From NCBI GenBank assembly GCA_963744625.1, contig CAVUUK010000007.1:310338-374337 (forward strand): a DNA stretch of 64,000 nt, read 5' to 3'. A model generated the notes under the pieces. That model worked only from the letters and a program-made list of their open reading frames with translations, made no database searches and was not told the origin of the DNA. Position numbers and translations under genes: made by a program. Source of the DNA: an uncultured Acidobacteriaceae bacterium. GTDB lineage: Bacteria > Acidobacteriota > Terriglobia > Terriglobales > Acidobacteriaceae. Of the stretch, positions 62,267 through 64,000 are shown one piece after another (position 1 is the stretch's first letter; each line of letters begins with the position of its first letter).

Positions 62267-64000
62267 ATGCAGAAGGCTTCGAGTCCGTCGACGCTCAAGT
62301 TTGGGCCTTATCTCGTCGACTTGATTGCGGGCGAATTGCGCAAGGGTGGTTCCCGCCTCCGTTTGCAGGAAAAGCCCATGCTTGTCCTGGTTCTACTGGC
62401 CGAAAAGCAGGGTCAGCTCGTCACCCGTGAGGAACTGAAGAAGCACCTCTGGTCCGACGAGACGTTCGTTGATTTTGAGGCCGGGCTTAACACCGCCGTC
62501 AGCAAGCTTCGCGAATCACTTTCCGATAACGCCGACAAACCACGCTACATCGAAACAGTTCCCCGGCGCGGCTACCGCTTTTTGGTTCCCGTCGAATTCC
62601 AACATGAAAACCCTCAAACAGAGCACGGCTTGGGGAAGACTCAAACGCTGGAACCCGGCCCCGTGCTCGCTCAACAGCCGACGGTTCCGGATGCCCGCCA
62701 CAAACTATCCTTCTATTCGACAAAACAGGCGAGGCTTTGGATCCCGATTGCGTTGGCTATTGTGCTGGTCGCGGCCGCGGCCTATTGGCTGACTCATGGC
62801 CGCCCGGCGCTTTCCTTCCATTCCCGCGATACTGTCCTTATCGTTGATTTTGACAACCAGACCGGCGATCCGCGTTTCGACGACGCGTTGCTTGCGGCTT
62901 TCACCGTGAGCGTTCAGCAGTCTCGATATGTGAATTTATTTCCGCGGAGCCGTGTGCCATCTGTTCTCAAGAGGATGGGGAAGTCCGGCACTGAGCGAAC
63001 GACAATTCCGCTCGCACGCGAGATCTGTAAGCGGGAAAATGTTCGCGGATTGCTTGCAAGCACCATCACACGTACCGGTCAGGAGTTCGAACTCACTGCG
63101 GAGTTGATCGATCCTGATAGCGGAGTCACCGTCCGGTCGTATAAGGAACGCTCTCACGGCGAGGATCATATCCTCGACGCGCTCGATTCAATCGCCGACC
63201 ATGTGCGCGCGGATTTAGGCGAATCCCTTTACCAGATCCATCAGACCGACGAGCCACTACCTCAAGTCACAACGAAGTCCCTTCCGGCATTGAAGGAATA
63301 TGCCCAAGCTCGGTTGCTCTGGGGACGCACCAAGTACGATCAGGCGGTAACGCTGTACAAGGCTGCAATCGATCTCGATCCTGATTTTGCCATGGCTCAC
63401 GCCGCCCTCGGGCGGGCTTATTGCAGCTACATCTATTACCAGACGGAGCTGGGGCGCCAGGAATATGACAAAGCGCTGGCGTTGGCATCGCGTCTGACCG
63501 AGCGCGAAAGAATGATCATCGCGGTCAATAAAGCCGCGGACTTGGACCATGTAGAGGAAGCGAACAGCCTTTATCGAGCCTATTTGGCCAGTTACCCCGA
63601 AGACTGGTCCATGCTCAGGGACTACGCAAATTTGTTGCGCTCGCATGGGCATCAGAATGAGGCGATTGAACAACATAAGAGGATCCTTGCCATCGCGCCA
63701 GACGACGGAGGAACGTGGATTGAAATGGCGACGGCATACGCGACGCTGGGAAGATATTCCGATGCGGTCCAGGCTTACTCGCGAGCGTTTGAGATTGCGC
63801 CTGACTGGCTCTCCGCCGGGAACATTAACCGGGAATATGGCTTGGCGCTCGTTGGAAATGGCGAGGAGCAGAAGGCAATTGCAATCTTTTCCGATCTTCT
63901 TACAAAGCCCGATAAGCGCGAGAACGGCTTGCGCTCCCTTGCTCTGCTTGACCTCTATCACGGCAGATATTCCGACGCCCAATCTCGTCTAGCAGAGGCT
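62267..64000 (+). CDS. CadC/OmpR-type winged-helix DNA-binding, transmembrane, TPR-repeat regulator (3' end beyond window)
   Basis: The frame is open from ATG 62267 to the window end (578 codons, no stop, so it is absent from the ORF track). MQKASSPSTLKFGPYLVDLIAGELRKGGSRLRLQEKPMLVLVLLAEKQGQLVTREELKKHLWSDETFVDFEAGLNTAVSKLRESL...ETVPRRGYRFLVPV is a trans_reg_C wHTH. It has a TM helix LWIPIALAIVLVAAAAYWL and TPR-like repeats (YDQAVTLYKAAIDLDPDFAMAHAALGRAY...). Confidence 0.8.
   Translation, partial: MQKASSPSTLKFGPYLVDLIAGELRKGGSRLRLQEKPMLVLVLLAEKQGQLVTREELKKHLWSDETFVDFEAGLNTAVSKLRESLSDNADKPRYIETVPRRGYRFLVPVEFQHENPQTEHGLGKTQTLEPGPVLAQQPTVPDARHKLSFYSTKQARLWIPIALAIVLVAAAAYWLTHGRPALSFHSRDTVLIVDFDNQTGDPRFDDALLAAFTVSVQQSRYVNLFPRSRVPSVLKRMGKSGTERTTIPLAREICKRENVRGLLASTITRTGQEFELTAELIDPDSGVTVRSYKERSHGEDHILDALDSIADHVRADLGESLYQIHQTDEPLPQVTTKSLPALKEYAQARLLWGRTKYDQAVTLYKAAIDLDPDFAMAHAALGRAYCSYIYYQTELGRQEYDKALALASRLTERERMIIAVNKAADLDHVEEANSLYRAYLASYPEDWSMLRDYANLLRSHGHQNEAIEQHKRILAIAPDDGGTWIEMATAYATLGRYSDAVQAYSRAFEIAPDWLSAGNINREYGLALVGNGEEQKAIAIFSDLLTKPDKRENGLRSLALLDLYHGRYSDAQSRLAEA

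Noticed and set aside
63257-63982. 241-aa ORF on the minus strand
   Set aside because: Antisense to the open CadC-like/TPR reading frame that runs from 62267 to the window end. The plus-strand frame has a clear wHTH, a TM helix and TPR repeats.
1-64000. CRISPR arrays, rRNA genes, RNase P/SRP/tmRNA, riboswitches and toxin-antitoxin or restriction-modification type defence genes
   Set aside because: I looked for regularly spaced repeats, conserved RNA signature strings and typical small paired ORFs in all intergenic gaps. Nothing I found could be supported from the sequence.

Overview
GC-rich bacterial chromosomal segment. The gene content suggests Acidobacteriota (Terriglobia-like): CarboxypepD_reg-type TonB receptors without SusD, an ECF/ZAS/DUF3106 triad, many secreted glycoside hydrolases. 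This taxonomic call is inference only. Layout: (1) 1-19.1 kb is a housekeeping block: tmk, holB, an Hfq-like gene, pepF-like, dcd, HU/IHF, S2P protease, priA, UDG, coaBC, rpoZ, gmk, yicC, an MsbA-like ABC exporter, rapZ and a di-haem DUF1111 protein. (2) 19.5-39.0 kb is a large glycan-utilisation locus. Two upstream GH-like genes are followed by an 8-gene co-directional block led by a ~1240-aa TonB-dependent receptor: GH18, GDE-like, GH13, DUF2961/GH172, GH18, a GH-like/FGE-like fusion and a GH5-like gene. (3) tRNA-Val, then an ECF sigma / zinc anti-sigma / DUF3106 module. (4) An IS1634-family insertion sequence at 41.6-43.6 kb. (5) 43.7-56.1 kb is mixed housekeeping: M24 peptidase, proline dehydrogenase, GNAT, GT39, nrnA, rbfA, DUF503, cspA, a large FG-GAP/Ig-like surface protein and an MFS transporter. 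(6) tRNA-Ser is followed by a visibly less GC-rich accessory stretch (56.4-62.3 kb) with a Cys-rich small ORF, TetR, an unknown secreted protein, an orphan LytTR response regulator and a DHA2 MFS pump. (7) A CadC-like wHTH-TM-TPR regulator runs off the window end. Two edge genes are absent from the ORF track because they have no stop codon in the window: 1-346 on the minus strand and 62267-64000 on the plus strand. I saw no CRISPR array, rRNA, prophage or recognisable defence system. The most unusual items are the enzyme mix of the glycan locus, a GH-like/FGE-like fusion that lacks the FGE catalytic cysteines, and a family of short GTTC/GAAC-repeat elements that abut stop codons (one of them was the IS target). 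Many long ORFs in the track are antisense shadows of real genes, which is typical of high-GC DNA, and were rejected.
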